Positions 19,157 to 30,832 are shown, numbered from the stretch's first letter. The stretch: DNA of 64,000 bases from an uncultured Verrucomicrobiae bacterium (GCA_963762565.1 CAVXLD010000001.1:576001-640000), one strand, 5' to 3'. Numbers and translations: made by a program. The notes: generated from the sequence alone by a model not told the origin.

Positions 19157-20587
19157 TTATTCACGCAGCGCGGTGATCGGGTTGGTTCTAGCAGCGCGCC
19201 ATGCTGGTAAGAGACACGCTAAGCCCCCGGTTAGAGTCAGTACGAGAATCGTCAAACCGAGTGTAACGGGATCATCCCCAGATACACCGTAAAGCAAGCT
19301 GTTAGTAAACCGTACTATCAGTAGTGAAATACAAAGCCCAGCGGCCAATCCTAAACCCACAATTTTTAATCCCTGCCCCATTACGAGCTGTACAATATTC
19401 AACGCCTGGGCCCCGACGGCGATGCGTACGCCGATTTCACGGCGTCGTTGGGTAACCGAGTAGGCTAGCACTCCATATAATCCGATTGCGGACAAAAAGA
19501 GTGCAAAACCAGAGAACGAACTCACTAACAAGGTACTGAGCCGTCGAGTCGTCAACTTAGCTTCGATCCAGTCATCAAAGGCGCCAACCTTGGATAGAGC
19601 CACGGTAGGATCGACCGACGCGACGGCCGCCCGAATAGCGGGTACCATCGCCAATGGATCACCCTCCGTCCGCACCAACAGCGTTCCGTCGCGTAACCAG
19701 GCAGGAAAAGGATGATAAGCTTGAAATTCCGTTACTCGCACGCCCGGACTATCATGAGCCACATGTTTGGTGACACCGACTATCGTAAAGTACTCTCTCG
19801 GGAAGCCGTAACGATCGCTAAAGTCGTGAATCTGTTTTCCGATTGGATCCTGGCCCGGGAAGAAGCGATCGGCGATGATCTGGTCGATAATCACGACATT
19901 CGGATCCTTTCGCATGTCGTTCTCTTCAAAATCGCGGCCGGCGATTAATGGTATCTTCAAGGTTTTGAAGTAGTCAGGGCTTACTACCTGCCATTCGTAA
20001 GCTGGTTCTTCGCCCGGTTTCGGATCTGGTTGTCCCGGGATGCCGAAGCGTACGACCTCGCTCCAGTTATTAAACGGGGGGTTTGGATTTAGGGCGGCGG
20101 CAGTAACTCCGGGCTGGCTGCGTACCGTAACGAGCAGGTCTTTAAAGAATTTGAGGCTTCGCCCGTCTTTACCGTAGCGGACACCGGCCAATTCAATTTT
20201 AGCCGCGAGCAGATGGTGCGGATCAAAGCCGAGCGACATCGTCTCCGATGCTTGAAGGCTCCGAGCCAGGAGCCCAGCTCCTATCATGAGAACGCAGGCA
20301 ATGCCTACTTGGGCTATTGCAGCCAGATCTTCGAAGCTGCTTTGAGTCCGACAGAAGTCCTGATAATCGGGATAGTCAAACCAGGTCCATGGTGCGTTAG
20401 GAATCTCTTGATAGATCTGTACTAACCGCTCCGCGTGCGGATAAGGCAGCGGTTTCAGCAGCACCGCGTCGACCAAACTGAAGATCGCCGTATTGGTGCC
20501 GATGCCGAAGCCGAGGATTAGGATCGCGGTGATCGAGAAGCCTGGCGATTTGAGTAGGAGGCGGAGTGTGTAGCGGAGGGGGAACAC
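19157..20587 (-). CDS. ADOP-like permease with a large in-frame internal deletion (476 aa; possible pseudogene)
   Basis: Jumps from SSFEDLAAI directly to AQVGIACVL, so ~330 aa present in paralogs are missing. Confidence 0.8.
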   Translation of the reverse strand: MFPLRYTLRLLLKSPGFSITAILILGFGIGTNTAIFSLVDAVLLKPLPYPHAERLVQIYQEIPNAPWTWFDYPDYQDFCRTQSSFEDLAAIAQVGIACVLMIGAGLLARSLQASETMSLGFDPHHLLAAKIELAGVRYGKDGRSLKFFKDLLVTVRSQPGVTAAALNPNPPFNNWSEVVRFGIPGQPDPKPGEEPAYEWQVVSPDYFKTLKIPLIAGRDFEENDMRKDPNVVIIDQIIADRFFPGQDPIGKQIHDFSDRYGFPREYFTIVGVTKHVAHDSPGVRVTEFQAYHPFPAWLRDGTLLVRTEGDPLAMVPAIRAAVASVDPTVALSKVGAFDDWIEAKLTTRRLSTLLVSSFSGFALFLSAIGLYGVLAYSVTQRRREIGVRIAVGAQALNIVQLVMGQGLKIVGLGLAAGLCISLLIVRFTNSLLYGVSGDDPVTLGLTILVLTLTGGLACLLPAWRAARTNPITALRE

Positions 20588-20783
20588 GGGGCAGTGAGAG
20601 GTGATTCGTGATTAGTGATTGGTCCAAGCGCTACGAGCCAGAGTCTAGGAGCTAGGAGTCGTACTGGTCTAGTTGGTCGTCTTCGCGATCTTTGTGGCCT
20701 TGCGGTGGTTAAATTCTTGCTCTTTTTGTGCCTTTTTGCGGCTGTTTCCTATTTGATTATTGGCTATTTGTCATGTGCTCGCG

Positions 20784-23228
20784 TCATTCGCGCAGCGCGG
20801 TAACCGGGTTAATGCGGATGGCTCGTAGGGCCGGTAATAGGCAAGCGGTCGCGGCTGCCAGACCAAGCACTAGAACTGTTACTCCCAACGTGACTGGATC
20901 AGCCGGCGATACCTGATAGAGCATGCTCTGAATTAGACGGGTTGAGAGCAGGGCAATGCCGACGCCCATCATTAGCCCTACGAGCACCAAACTGAATCCG
21001 CGCCGGGCGACTAATTTTAAGATATTGCTGGGTTGAGCACCCAGACTGATCCGGATTCCGATCTCACGCGTTTTCTGACGAACCGAATAAGCTAAGAGGC
21101 CGTACAGACCGATCGCAGACAAAAACAAGGCTACCCCGGAAAACAATCCGACTAACAAAACGCCGACTCGTCTGGTGCTAAACCGGCTGGCAATCCGTTC
21201 TTCGAATAGTCCTATCTTGGATACAGGAACATCGGGATCAATCGAAGCCGCCAATCTTCGTACGCCAGACACCAAAGCGGCTGGATCACCAGCCACTCTG
21301 ACTAGAAGTTGGCCATAGCGAGCGAAGCTATAGGGAAAATAGATTTGGAAAACGGCTTGCGGAACATCTGGGCTATCGTGGCGGCTGTTGGCGACGACCC
21401 CAACAATCGTGTAGTAATGGACGGGTTCACCGAATCGCGAGTAGGTATCGCGAATCTGTTTCCCGAGCGGATTTTCGCCTGGGAAAAAGCGCTCTGCCAG
21501 CGCCTGATCGACAATGGCGACCTTCTTTTCGTGATATTCGTCTTCCGCAGTGACGTCACGTCCGGTCAGCAAAGGAATCCCCATGGTTTGAAAGTATCCT
21601 GGAGTGATTGATTGGAATTCTGCCTTAGCAGCTTCTCCAAAATACGGATCAGGGTGACCGGCTATTCCGAAAGGTTCGACGATGTTCCAAGCTAAATTGA
21701 ACGGCGGATCATTGGCTATGGACGCACCGATCACCGCCGGCATCAGGCGAACCTTTTCTAGCAACTGATCAAAAAAACGAGCGCCACGAGCTGGATCAGA
21801 GTCAAAATGAGCATCTTCTTGGGAAATTTCCGCGACTAAGAGATGACCTGGGTTGAACCCGAGTGGCACGCTTTGGGCCGCCTGATAGCTCCGAACCAAC
21901 AAGCCTGCTCCCATCAAAAGCGCGCAGGTAAAAGCGACCTGCCCAGCAATCAACATCGATTGTAGCAGCTGCCGAGGCCGTCCTACCGTGCCGGTCCGCC
22001 CAGCATCACACCGAAGCGCAGAATCTAGCTCCCCACCGGATAATCCCCAGGCTGGGATTAATCCAAACAATAGCGATACCGCAAGCGTGGCGGCCAATAC
22101 GAAAAGGAACGCCAACGGATCCAGACTTATCCTATGAAACCGGGTTAGGTCATCTTGAGGACACATCGCTTTGACTATGGATATCGCGCAGGAGGCTACG
22201 ATCAGACCAGCCGCGCCACCGAGCAGAACCAGGAGGCCATTCTCCAGAAGCAACTGAACAAGCAATTGTGATCGGCTGGCTCCAAGGGCAACGCGGACAG
22301 CAATTTCTTGGGACCGGTCCAGCCCTCTCACTAGGAGTAAGCCGGCCACATTCGCACAAGCGATCAACAACATACAGGCCACGGCGCCACCTAACAGCCA
22401 GAGAGTGCTTGCATAGTCACTCACCTGAGAATCCAGAATCGAACTGACTGAGATACCGTACCATTGGTTAGTCGCTGGATATTGCTTCGCCAACCGAGTG
22501 TTGATCACCTCGAGATCTGCTTCGGCTTCTGCTGCGCTCACGGCCTGTTTAAGGCGGCCGTAACAACCAAATATGTGCAGATCGCGCTCCGGTTTACCCC
22601 GATGTGGATCGTGGAAAGGAGGATCCAGTCCCAGCGGAGTAAAGAAATCTATCCTGGCGCTCCAATCGTCGACTGTCTCCGCGACCACTCCGATCACTTC
22701 GTAAATCTGACCGTCCATCGTGATGTGGGCACCGAGGATATTGGGATCCGCATCGAAAATGGATCTCCATATACGCTCGTTAATCACGACGACTGACGGT
22801 CCGCCCGGCTTTGCCTCCTTTTCAGTAAAGGGTCTTCCGAGGAGGAAAGGAGCTTGCAAAACATCGAAGAAACTTCCAGTCGCGGATTCGCCGAATAGCT
22901 GTTCCGAACCCTCTTTCGTTCGAAGATGGAAGCTACGATAGTAAATCAGGCTAAGGCTCACGAAACTGTGCTGAGTTGCACAGATCTCCTCGTAGTCTGG
23001 GTAATCCATCCCTCCCCATTTAGCCCCCGGCGAGGGCATGTTGATCTGCAGCAACTGATCCGCGTCCGCAAATGGTAGAGGCCTAAGTAAAATCGCATTG
23101 ATCAGACTAAAGATCGCCGTATTAGCTCCGATACCAAAGCTAAGGATCAGGATCGCGGTGATGGTAAAACCCGGCGATTTGAGCAGGAGGCGGAGCGTGT
23201 GATGGAGATGTGAAGTTAGGCTTCGCAT
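20784..23228 (-). CDS. ADOP-like duplicated ABC permease, array 1
   Basis: Same motif set; 814 aa. Confidence 0.92.
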   Translation of the reverse strand: MRSLTSHLHHTLRLLLKSPGFTITAILILSFGIGANTAIFSLINAILLRPLPFADADQLLQINMPSPGAKWGGMDYPDYEEICATQHSFVSLSLIYYRSFHLRTKEGSEQLFGESATGSFFDVLQAPFLLGRPFTEKEAKPGGPSVVVINERIWRSIFDADPNILGAHITMDGQIYEVIGVVAETVDDWSARIDFFTPLGLDPPFHDPHRGKPERDLHIFGCYGRLKQAVSAAEAEADLEVINTRLAKQYPATNQWYGISVSSILDSQVSDYASTLWLLGGAVACMLLIACANVAGLLLVRGLDRSQEIAVRVALGASRSQLLVQLLLENGLLVLLGGAAGLIVASCAISIVKAMCPQDDLTRFHRISLDPLAFLFVLAATLAVSLLFGLIPAWGLSGGELDSALRCDAGRTGTVGRPRQLLQSMLIAGQVAFTCALLMGAGLLVRSYQAAQSVPLGFNPGHLLVAEISQEDAHFDSDPARGARFFDQLLEKVRLMPAVIGASIANDPPFNLAWNIVEPFGIAGHPDPYFGEAAKAEFQSITPGYFQTMGIPLLTGRDVTAEDEYHEKKVAIVDQALAERFFPGENPLGKQIRDTYSRFGEPVHYYTIVGVVANSRHDSPDVPQAVFQIYFPYSFARYGQLLVRVAGDPAALVSGVRRLAASIDPDVPVSKIGLFEERIASRFSTRRVGVLLVGLFSGVALFLSAIGLYGLLAYSVRQKTREIGIRISLGAQPSNILKLVARRGFSLVLVGLMMGVGIALLSTRLIQSMLYQVSPADPVTLGVTVLVLGLAAATACLLPALRAIRINPVTALRE

Positions 23229-23246
23229 TCAGTTTAGAATTGATTT

Positions 23247-23337
23247 ACCACAGAGACACGGAGGACACCGAGACAGATCTTCCAAATGGGTTAGATCTTG
23301 GGGTGTCCGATCTTTGCGCACTCTGTGTCTCTGTGGT
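23247..23337. repeat. Inverted repeat ACCACAGAGACAC / GTGTCTCTGTGGT
   Basis: 13-bp perfect arms in the intergenic region. Confidence 0.7.
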
Positions 23338-23354
23338 GAATTTTGGTTTTTCAA

Positions 23355-25781
23355 TCACTCGCGCAGGACTGTGACTGGGTTGACTCGGATGGCTCGCAGC
23401 GCTGGCAACAAGCATGCGAGTAGCGCAGCGAAAGAGAGCACGACGATGCTGGCGGCAATCGTGATTGGATCGTTACCGCTAACGCCATAGAGCAGACTTC
23501 CCAGGAATTGGCTCAAGACCGACGCAGTGAGTACACCGGCAACGACTCCTATCCCAACCATTTTGAAGCCCTGTTTCAGGACGAGGTTCACGATATGATG
23601 CCGCAAGGCGCCTACCGCAATTCGCACCCCAATTTCAGGAGTTTGGCGAGTCACTGAATAAGCCAAAACTCCGTACAAGCCGACGGCGGCCAAAAGTAAA
23701 GCAGTCCCGGAAAAGATGCTCACTACGAGCGCCACTAATTTTCGCATCGAAAGTGCCCGTGAAATGAAGTTAGAAAAAGTATCGACTCTTGCCAACGGCA
23801 CGTCAGGATCGATTGAGGCAACGGCTTGTCGCAAGGCCGGCAGTAATCCTGACGGATCTCCATCTGATCGTACGAGTAAGATTTCGTAATGAGTGAACTG
23901 CTGATAACAAGGGAAATAACCAGCGAACTTGCGCGAATGATTCGGGCCGCCGTGTCGCATGTCTTGTACAACACCGACGATCGTGTACCGCTTTTGCGAC
24001 ATGTAAGAACCGGGTACCTCGATCTGTTCGCCGATCGCGCTCTGGCCTGGGAAAAAGGTGCCGGCCAGTGCGTGATTAACTATGACTACCCCTTGGCTAT
24101 TGCGCGCGTCGCCTTCGTTGAAATCCCGCCCCTCAATTATCGGGGTCTCTACCGTATGAAAATACCCAGGCGAAATGTTTTGGGCGTTCAAAGTCGGTTC
24201 ATGACCGGGCTCAACTTGCGTCTGTTCAGGAACGATGAACGGGTCATACCCGCCGCCCTCCGAGTTAACAAAGGGCGGGTCGTCACTTAACGCTGCAGAC
24301 GTAACGCCCGGCACCTGCGACACTTTTTGTAAGACGGCTTTAAAGAAAGCGTCCGCTTGCGATTGTTCTTTATACTTCGCGTTCCCCAGGTTGATTTCGG
24401 CAGCAAGCAAGTAATCGGGATTGAACCCCAGCGGAATGCTCTGCGCTGCCTCGAAACTCCGAACCAGTAGCCCAGTACCAATTAGCAATACGCAAGCCAA
24501 TGCTACCTGGCTCATCATCATCACTGATTGCATTCGGCTGCGCTGCGGCCCGGCCGTGCGGTTTCGGCTGCCTGAACCCCTAAGCACCGCCGCTACCTCT
24601 GTCTTTGACGAAATAAAGGCCGGGAAGAGCCCCGATAAAAGAGCGGTCAGCGTAATAGCCCCGGCACAGAACAAAAGTGCTTGGGAACTAAGAGAAAGAT
24701 CAGAGACCCGGTTTAAGTCCGCAGGGCTGATCCGCTTTATCAATTGGATTGCCCCTACCGCTAAGGGTATCCCAACCCATCCGCCGGCCAGTGAAAGAAG
24801 TGCGCTCTCGAGGATTAAATGACTAATGAGGCGGAAGCGAGACGCTCCCATGGCGGCTCGAATGGTTAGATCGCGTTGTCGATCCGATGCTCTGGACACA
24901 AGTAGAGTTGCGACGTTTGTGCTCGAAAGCAGAAGCAGGAAAGCCGCTGCCGCGCCCAAAACCCAAAGAGTCGTCGCATAGTCAGATACCTCAGCTTGCA
25001 GAATGCTCTCCAGACGAACCCCGTTACCCTTGTCTTCTGGGTACCGAGCGGCCAGGTCATTGGTGATTATTTTAAGATCCGCCTCAGCCTGCGCCAGCGT
25101 GACGCCCTCCTTCAGCCGACCGAAACACGTAAAGACACCATAGTCACGGTTCCGCCACGCGTCCCAGCCAGAAATGACGTCAGCCGTATTCAGCGGCAAC
25201 AAAATTCTCGGAGGCTCGCTGTATTCGCTATAGAATGCTTTTATCACTCCGACGACCTCAAAGCCGACACCATTGAGAACAATGTTCTTGCCAAGGATAT
25301 TGGGATCGGCGTTAAATCGGCTCCTCCAGAGCGGTTCCGTGAGCACCGCTACGGCTGGTCCTCCGGGCTGATCCTCCTCGGCGGTAAATGGTCTCCCTAA
25401 AATGAACGGCAGGCCGTAAGCTTGAAACGCGCTTGCGGTATCAAATGCAGCCCTAACCTGTTCTGTTCTGCCGTCGGCACTCAGGTTGATCGAGTCCCAA
25501 TGTTCCAGCGCCAGCGTAACGAAAGAGTTCTGTGCCCGGCAGTAATCAAGAAAATCGGGATAGCCGAAGTACCCATAGTAGACGTTTTGAGCCGGGTTCG
25601 TCCTAATCACTTCTACTAACCTGTCCGGTTCTGGATACGGCAGAGGCTTCAGCAGCACAGCATCGATTAGACTAAAGATGGCTGTGTTCGCCCCGATACC
25701 GAACCCGAGCACCAGCACTGCGGTGATAGTGAACCCGGGTGATTTGAGCAGAAGTCGGAGCGTGTGGCGCAAGGCAGACAT
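23355..25781 (-). CDS. ADOP-like duplicated ABC permease, array 1
   Basis: Same motif set; 808 aa; close paralog of 25949-28387. Confidence 0.92.
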   Translation of the reverse strand: MSALRHTLRLLLKSPGFTITAVLVLGFGIGANTAIFSLIDAVLLKPLPYPEPDRLVEVIRTNPAQNVYYGYFGYPDFLDYCRAQNSFVTLALEHWDSINLSADGRTEQVRAAFDTASAFQAYGLPFILGRPFTAEEDQPGGPAVAVLTEPLWRSRFNADPNILGKNIVLNGVGFEVVGVIKAFYSEYSEPPRILLPLNTADVISGWDAWRNRDYGVFTCFGRLKEGVTLAQAEADLKIITNDLAARYPEDKGNGVRLESILQAEVSDYATTLWVLGAAAAFLLLLSSTNVATLLVSRASDRQRDLTIRAAMGASRFRLISHLILESALLSLAGGWVGIPLAVGAIQLIKRISPADLNRVSDLSLSSQALLFCAGAITLTALLSGLFPAFISSKTEVAAVLRGSGSRNRTAGPQRSRMQSVMMMSQVALACVLLIGTGLLVRSFEAAQSIPLGFNPDYLLAAEINLGNAKYKEQSQADAFFKAVLQKVSQVPGVTSAALSDDPPFVNSEGGGYDPFIVPEQTQVEPGHEPTLNAQNISPGYFHTVETPIIEGRDFNEGDARNSQGVVIVNHALAGTFFPGQSAIGEQIEVPGSYMSQKRYTIVGVVQDMRHGGPNHSRKFAGYFPCYQQFTHYEILLVRSDGDPSGLLPALRQAVASIDPDVPLARVDTFSNFISRALSMRKLVALVVSIFSGTALLLAAVGLYGVLAYSVTRQTPEIGVRIAVGALRHHIVNLVLKQGFKMVGIGVVAGVLTASVLSQFLGSLLYGVSGNDPITIAASIVVLSFAALLACLLPALRAIRVNPVTVLRE

Positions 25782-25948
25782 GGTGAAAGGTGAGAAGTGA
25801 AAGGTGAAAGGAAAGTAGTCAGTAGGTCAGTAATCAGTAACAGACAGGAGCTAGGAGTTAGCAGTCGTATTTCTTTGCGATCTTTGCACTCTTTCGCGGC
25901 TATTCCTTCTTGGCTATCGGCTATTGGCTATTGGTCATGCGCGCAGCG

Positions 25949-28387
25949 CTATTCGCGCAGTGCTGTTACAGGGTTAATTCGGATGGCACGTAGCGCCGGC
26001 AACAAGCACGCGAGTAACGCAGCGAAAGAGAGCACGACGATGCTGGCGGCAATCGTGATTGGATCGTTACCGCTAACGCCATAGAGCAGACTTCCCAGGA
26101 ATTGGCTCAAGACCGACGCAGTGAGTACACCGGCAACGACTCCTATCCCAACCATTTTGAAGCCCTGTTTCAGGACGAGGTTCACGATATGATGCCGCAA
26201 GGCGCCTACCGCAATTCGCACCCCAATCTCAGGAGTTTGCCGAGTGACTGAATAAGCCAAAACTCCGTACAAGCCCACGGCGGCCAAAAGTAACGCAGTC
26301 CCGGAGAAGATGCTCACTAAGAGCGCAGCTAATTGTCGCGTCGAAAATCGCTGCGAAATGAAGTTAGAGAAATTGTCGACTCTGGCCAACGGCACGTCAG
26401 GATCGATTGAAGCAACGGCTTGTCGTAAAGCCGGTAGTAATCCTGACGGATCTCGGGCTGATCGGACAAGTAAGATTTCGTAATGAGTAAACTGCTGATA
26501 AAAAGGAAAATAACCGCTGAACTTGGGCGAGTTATTTGGTCCGCCATGTCGCATGTCTTGTACAACACCGACGATCGTCAACCGCTTCTGTGCCATGTAA
26601 GAGCCGGGCAAATCTATTTGTTTGCCGATGGCACTCTGCCCGGGGAAAAAAATATCGGCCAGCCCGCGATTGACAATGACCACCCCTTGCTTATTGCGAG
26701 TGTCACCGTAATTAAAATCTCGTCCCTCCACGATCGAGGCTTTTAGCGTACGGAAATAGCCGGGTGAAATGTTTTGGCCGTTCAAAGTTGGTTCATGTCC
26801 GGGCTCAACCGGCGGCTGAGAAGGAACGATGAACGGCGAATATTCCCCGCCCTCCGAGTTAACAAAGGGTGGGTCATCGCTTAGCGCTGCCGCTGTCACG
26901 CCAGGCACCTGCGACACTTTTTCTAGGACGGATTTGAAGAAGGCGTCGGCTTGCGATTGTTCTTTATACTTCGCGTTCGCCAGGTTGATCTCCACAGCGA
27001 GCACGTTTTGGGGTTCGAACCCTAGCGGGATATTCTGCGCAGCCTCGAAGCTCCGGACGAGCAATCCAGTACCAATTAACAAGACGCAAGCAAGCGCTAC
27101 TTGTCCTGTCGTCATTATTGATTGTGTCCGGGTTCGCTGCGGGCCCGCAGTCCGGTTTCGGCTGCCGGCACTCCTTAGCACCGTCGCTACATCAGTCTTC
27201 GACGAGATAAAGGCCGGGAAGAGCCCGGATAGAAGAGCGGTAAGGCTAATAGCGCCGCCACAGAACAAAAGCGCTTGGGGACTAAGAGAAAGATCAGGGA
27301 CGCGAATTATATCTGCTGGGCTGATCAGTTTTATCAATTCGATCGCCGCTAACGCTATCGGTATCCCAACCAGTCCGCCCACGAGCGAAAGAAGCGTACT
27401 CTCGATGATTAAGTGACCAATCAAGCGGAAGCGAGAGGCTCCTATGGCAGCTCGAATGGTTAGGTCCCGTTGTCGATCCGATGCTCTGGCAACAATAAGA
27501 GTCGCTACGTTTGTGCTCGAAAGCAGAAGCAGGAAAGCGGCAGCGGCGCCCAAGACCCAAAGAGTCGACGCATAATCCGATACCTCGATTTGCTGGGCGC
27601 TCTCCACGTGAACGCCGTAGCCTTTATCTTCCGGGTATCGAGCAGCTAAGTTATCTGCGATTACCTTAAGATCCGCCTCAGCTTGCGCCGGTGTGACGCC
27701 CTCCTTCAGGCGCCCCCAACCCATCAGAAATCGGTTGTCACGAGCCCTCCACGTGTCCCAGCCTGCAATCACGTCAGCTGTATTTAACGGCACCAGAATT
27801 TTTACAGGTTCTCTGGACTCGGTCTCGAGTGCTTCTACCACTCCGATAACCTGAAAACCGGCGCCATTCAGAACGATATTTTTCCCAAGAATGTTGGGAT
27901 CGGCATTAAAGCGATTCCTCCAAAACGGTTCCGTCAGGACCGCGACCCGCGGGCCGCCCGGCTGGTCTTCCTCGGACGTAAACGGTCTCCCTAAAATGAA
28001 AGGGAGGCCATAAGCTTGAAATGCGCTTGCCGTAGCAAAGGCAGCCTTGACCTGTTCTGTTCTGCCTCCGGCACTCAGGCCAATCGAATCCCAATGTTCC
28101 AGCGCGAACGAAGCGAATGAGTGTTGCGCTCGGCAGAAATCAAGAAAATCAGGATAGTCAAAGCTCCCGTAATAGACGTTTTGTGCCGGGTTCGGCGTAA
28201 GCACTGTTACTAACCTGTCCGGCTCCGGATACGGCATGGGTCTCAGCAGCACGGTATCGATTAGACTAAAGATGGCAGTGTTTGCCCCGATACCGAACCC
28301 GAGCACGAGCACTGCGGTGATGGTGAAGCCGGGCGACTTTAGCAAAAGTCGGAGGCTGTAGCGCACAGATGCCAGGAAGCCGTGCAT
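25949..28387 (-). CDS. ADOP-like duplicated ABC permease, first gene of array 1
   Basis: Same motif set; start re-assigned to ATG 28387 ([21 protein letters not shown]). Confidence 0.9.
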   Translation of the reverse strand: MHGFLASVRYSLRLLLKSPGFTITAVLVLGFGIGANTAIFSLIDTVLLRPMPYPEPDRLVTVLTPNPAQNVYYGSFDYPDFLDFCRAQHSFASFALEHWDSIGLSAGGRTEQVKAAFATASAFQAYGLPFILGRPFTSEEDQPGGPRVAVLTEPFWRNRFNADPNILGKNIVLNGAGFQVIGVVEALETESREPVKILVPLNTADVIAGWDTWRARDNRFLMGWGRLKEGVTPAQAEADLKVIADNLAARYPEDKGYGVHVESAQQIEVSDYASTLWVLGAAAAFLLLLSSTNVATLIVARASDRQRDLTIRAAIGASRFRLIGHLIIESTLLSLVGGLVGIPIALAAIELIKLISPADIIRVPDLSLSPQALLFCGGAISLTALLSGLFPAFISSKTDVATVLRSAGSRNRTAGPQRTRTQSIMTTGQVALACVLLIGTGLLVRSFEAAQNIPLGFEPQNVLAVEINLANAKYKEQSQADAFFKSVLEKVSQVPGVTAAALSDDPPFVNSEGGEYSPFIVPSQPPVEPGHEPTLNGQNISPGYFRTLKASIVEGRDFNYGDTRNKQGVVIVNRGLADIFFPGQSAIGKQIDLPGSYMAQKRLTIVGVVQDMRHGGPNNSPKFSGYFPFYQQFTHYEILLVRSARDPSGLLPALRQAVASIDPDVPLARVDNFSNFISQRFSTRQLAALLVSIFSGTALLLAAVGLYGVLAYSVTRQTPEIGVRIAVGALRHHIVNLVLKQGFKMVGIGVVAGVLTASVLSQFLGSLLYGVSGNDPITIAASIVVLSFAALLACLLPALRAIRINPVTALRE

Positions 28388-28417
28388 AAGTTCCAGGGGG
28401 ATTCCGTGAAGTAGATG

Positions 28418-28432
28418 GCAGGTTACATGCCA
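28418..28432 (-). promoter_or_regulatory. Putative sigma-54 (-24/-12) promoter for ADOP array 1
   Basis: Minus strand TGGCATGTAACCTGC = GG-N10-GC, ~30 bp before ATG 28387. Confidence 0.65.
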
Positions 28433-28597
28433 GGTGGAGGGGGGAAGAGGTGATTGGTGATTGGTGATTGGTGGGAGCACCGCGTCAGGCCGAACTGTGG
28501 GTGGACGGTAACTAGGGATCAGTTCGGGGCTGGTGGTCGCCGTATAGCGGTTTGAAGGCAGGTGCGTGCCGCGCGGATGTCGGTTGTGTGGACAACC

Positions 28598-28632
28598 GTC
28601 TCAAAATGAGAAACGGCGTCTCAACTTGAGAC
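28598..28632. promoter_or_regulatory. Tandem palindromic site, putative enhancer-binding-protein UAS
   Basis: GTCTCAAAATGAGAAACGGCGTCTCAACTTGAGAC; near-identical copy at 39635. Confidence 0.65.
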
Positions 28633-28669
28633 GGTTGCCGAGACAGCCGAGTAACGTAGTGTGCTGGTC

Positions 28670-29275
28670 ATGCCAAGGTTTTTGCTGGGCATTGTCTTTC
28701 TGTTTATGGCCGTTAATTTCGATCCTGTTGTGCATGCCGAAGACAACCGTACAATCCCGAGTACTGGGGGAGAATATTTCGACCACCGCGTGGAAATTCC
28801 GGTACCGGCCTTTGCGCAGGATGATCCGCGGTGGAGCAATGTTCGGCTTGGGCCATCTACGGACACGCTGGGCGACCAGGGCTGCGCGGTGACCTCGGCC
28901 GCGATGGTCGTCGCTTTTTACGGGATCAAAACCGATCCGCAGCAGCTGAATAGTTTCCTTACAAAAGCAGGCGGACTCTCCGATGATGGACTTATTCAGT
29001 GGAGCCGGGTGCCGGCGATCGCGCCCTCCCATTTAGAATTGGCTTACAATGGCTACGCGGCGTACGACCTGATCGACTCGAATTTGCTGACAAAAAATCC
29101 CGTCATTGCGATCATCCATCTGCGGGACGGCGCTTATCATTTCGTTGTGATCGTGGGTAAGGAAGGCCGCAACTACTTGATCCGTGATCCGGCGGCTCCT
29201 GTTTTTCGCCGACCCTACCCGCTGTCCTACCTGACCGATCGGATTGACGGTATCTGCTTTTTTCGGACGATATAG
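28670..29275 (+). CDS. Exported C39-like cysteine peptidase
   Basis: Signal peptide, AQDDPRW..LG, GCAVTSAAMV (Cys), HFVVI (His), IRDP (Asp). Confidence 0.8.
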   Translation: MPRFLLGIVFLFMAVNFDPVVHAEDNRTIPSTGGEYFDHRVEIPVPAFAQDDPRWSNVRLGPSTDTLGDQGCAVTSAAMVVAFYGIKTDPQQLNSFLTKAGGLSDDGLIQWSRVPAIAPSHLELAYNGYAAYDLIDSNLLTKNPVIAIIHLRDGAYHFVVIVGKEGRNYLIRDPAAPVFRRPYPLSYLTDRIDGICFFRTI

Positions 29276-29289
29276 CGGGACTCGCCATA

Positions 29290-29397
29290 GGCGTTTGGCG
29301 TTTGGCGTTTGGCGTTTGCGTTTGGCGTTCGGCGTTCGGCGTTTGGCGTTTGGCGTTTGGCGTTCGGCGTCGGAAATAGCAAATCGCAAATAGCAGA
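29290..29397 (+). repeat. Heptamer tandem repeats (GGCGTTY) x ~12 followed by (AAATAGC) x ~3
   Basis: Read directly from the sequence. Confidence 0.9.
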
Positions 29398-29830
29398 TGC
29401 GTTCTGTACGCGATGAATGAATGGCGGTGCCGACACCTTTATGCATCGTCGCGCTCGGTAGGGGGCGATAAAAAAAGGGGTTTCGCCTGGAATAAAAGAG
29501 TTCCCAGGAATCTCGGAACAACGACAGATCCTTCTGCGCAGGATTCGCGCAAAATGCATCACATCCGGCTAGCGACGCAGTTTGCAGGTAAAGCAATTGT
29601 AATCCTCGCCGATACAATTTGACCTACCCCGCCGTCCAATGAACCAAGCAAATAGCACACAAAAAATGCTCCGCAACGCGGCGTTGTTACATCGGCTATC
29701 GGCTATTGGCTATCGGCTATTCGGAGCGAGCTTCAGGCGAGTCTCCGCGGTAAACCAAGGTGGAATAGCTCGTTTGTCGAAATACTGCCAACTTCCACGC
29801 GGCAAAGACCCGAAGATGAATACAAAATTT

Positions 29831-30006
29831 CACAACAAGGCATCAAAGGCCGCAGTGCAGCGAGACAGAGGATCCACAATACGGAAAGATCACAAAGGAC
29901 ACAAAGACTGAAACTGCAAATCGAATTCCTAAGTTCAGTCCTTGTGACCTTTCCGTATTGTGATCTCTGGTTCCGGTCTTCGGGAATTTTCTGCGAACTT
30001 GTTGTG
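29831..30006. repeat. Nested inverted-repeat element
   Basis: Outer CACAACAAG/CTTGTTGTG; inner CACAATACGGAAAGATCACAA..GACTGAA / TTCAGTC..TTGTGACCTTTCCGTATTGTG. Confidence 0.7.
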
Positions 30007-30127
30007 TCATTAGCTCACGATGAGGATGATGAGTCGCTTTCTTCGTTTCGTTGGATCCGAAAGTTTCGGCATGATCGCCTCTTCCTCAATTCATGATACC
30101 TTTAGCCCCCCAGGAGTCTTTTTCCCC

Positions 30128-30689
30128 ATGAACAAGCTAATATCCCTCCTCACTATCGGCGCCATCTTCGGCTGCATATCGCCGTCAATGGCGCAGCAGC
30201 ACAAGCGCATCAGCCCCCACGAAACTGTCAGCAAGGTTATTGACGGAAATCGGGTCATGGTTGTTTATGGCCGGCCTTACACCAAAGATCCGAAGAGCGG
30301 CCAAAATCGGAAAATCTGGGGTGAACTCGTTCCTTACGGCGAAGTCTGGCGCACCGGTGCTGACGAAGCCACACTCCTGATCACACAAAAACCGATTGTG
30401 ATGGGCAGTCCACGATTCCGGCCGGCGCTTACACCTTGTGGACTTTGCCAAATGAAGACGGCACCGCCAAACTGATCATCAATAAACAGATTGGCCAATG
30501 GGGAATAGGTCCCGGATCTTATGACGAGAAAGAGGATCTTGCGCGCGTTGATCTGAAGAAAGAAGCACTGGATGCGCCCGTCGATCAATTCACGATGGAG
30601 GTTTCCAAAAAATCGTCTGGTGTGGCGGCGTATTGAGAATGATGTGGGAGAAAACCGCGTTTTCAGTACCGTTCACCGTCCAGAAATAG
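30128..30689 (+). CDS. DUF2911 family exported protein (frameshifts near 30410 and 30620)
   Basis: Signal peptide, R.SP, V.YGRP, IWGELVPYGEVWRTGADEAT; continues in other frames as WTLP..LIINKQ.GQWG and MMWEKTAFSVPF. Confidence 0.8.
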
Positions 30690-30832
30690 CGCCGATCATT
30701 GGACGTGGCAGGATCGTGCCGATGACCGGATGCGTTCACCGGTTCAGTCCAGGGACTGCAGATCGATTCGTGTTGATTCGCTGGCCATTCGCAGTTGATG
30801 AATCAAGTCGTTTCGAATCTTTTATCAGTATC

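Noticed and set aside
16551..28387. Diversity-generating retroelement acting on the permeases
   Set aside because: No reverse transcriptase and no repeat pair with adenine-specific differences seen.
28388..28480. N-terminal extension MLPPITNHQSP of the first array gene (likewise 54530-54610)
   Set aside because: Translated heptamer repeats; here it would also overlap the predicted sigma-54 promoter.
29033..29617. 194-aa and 111-aa minus-strand ORFs with RQTPNA repeats
   Set aside because: Products of the heptamer tract overlapping the C39 gene in antisense; no protein-like features.
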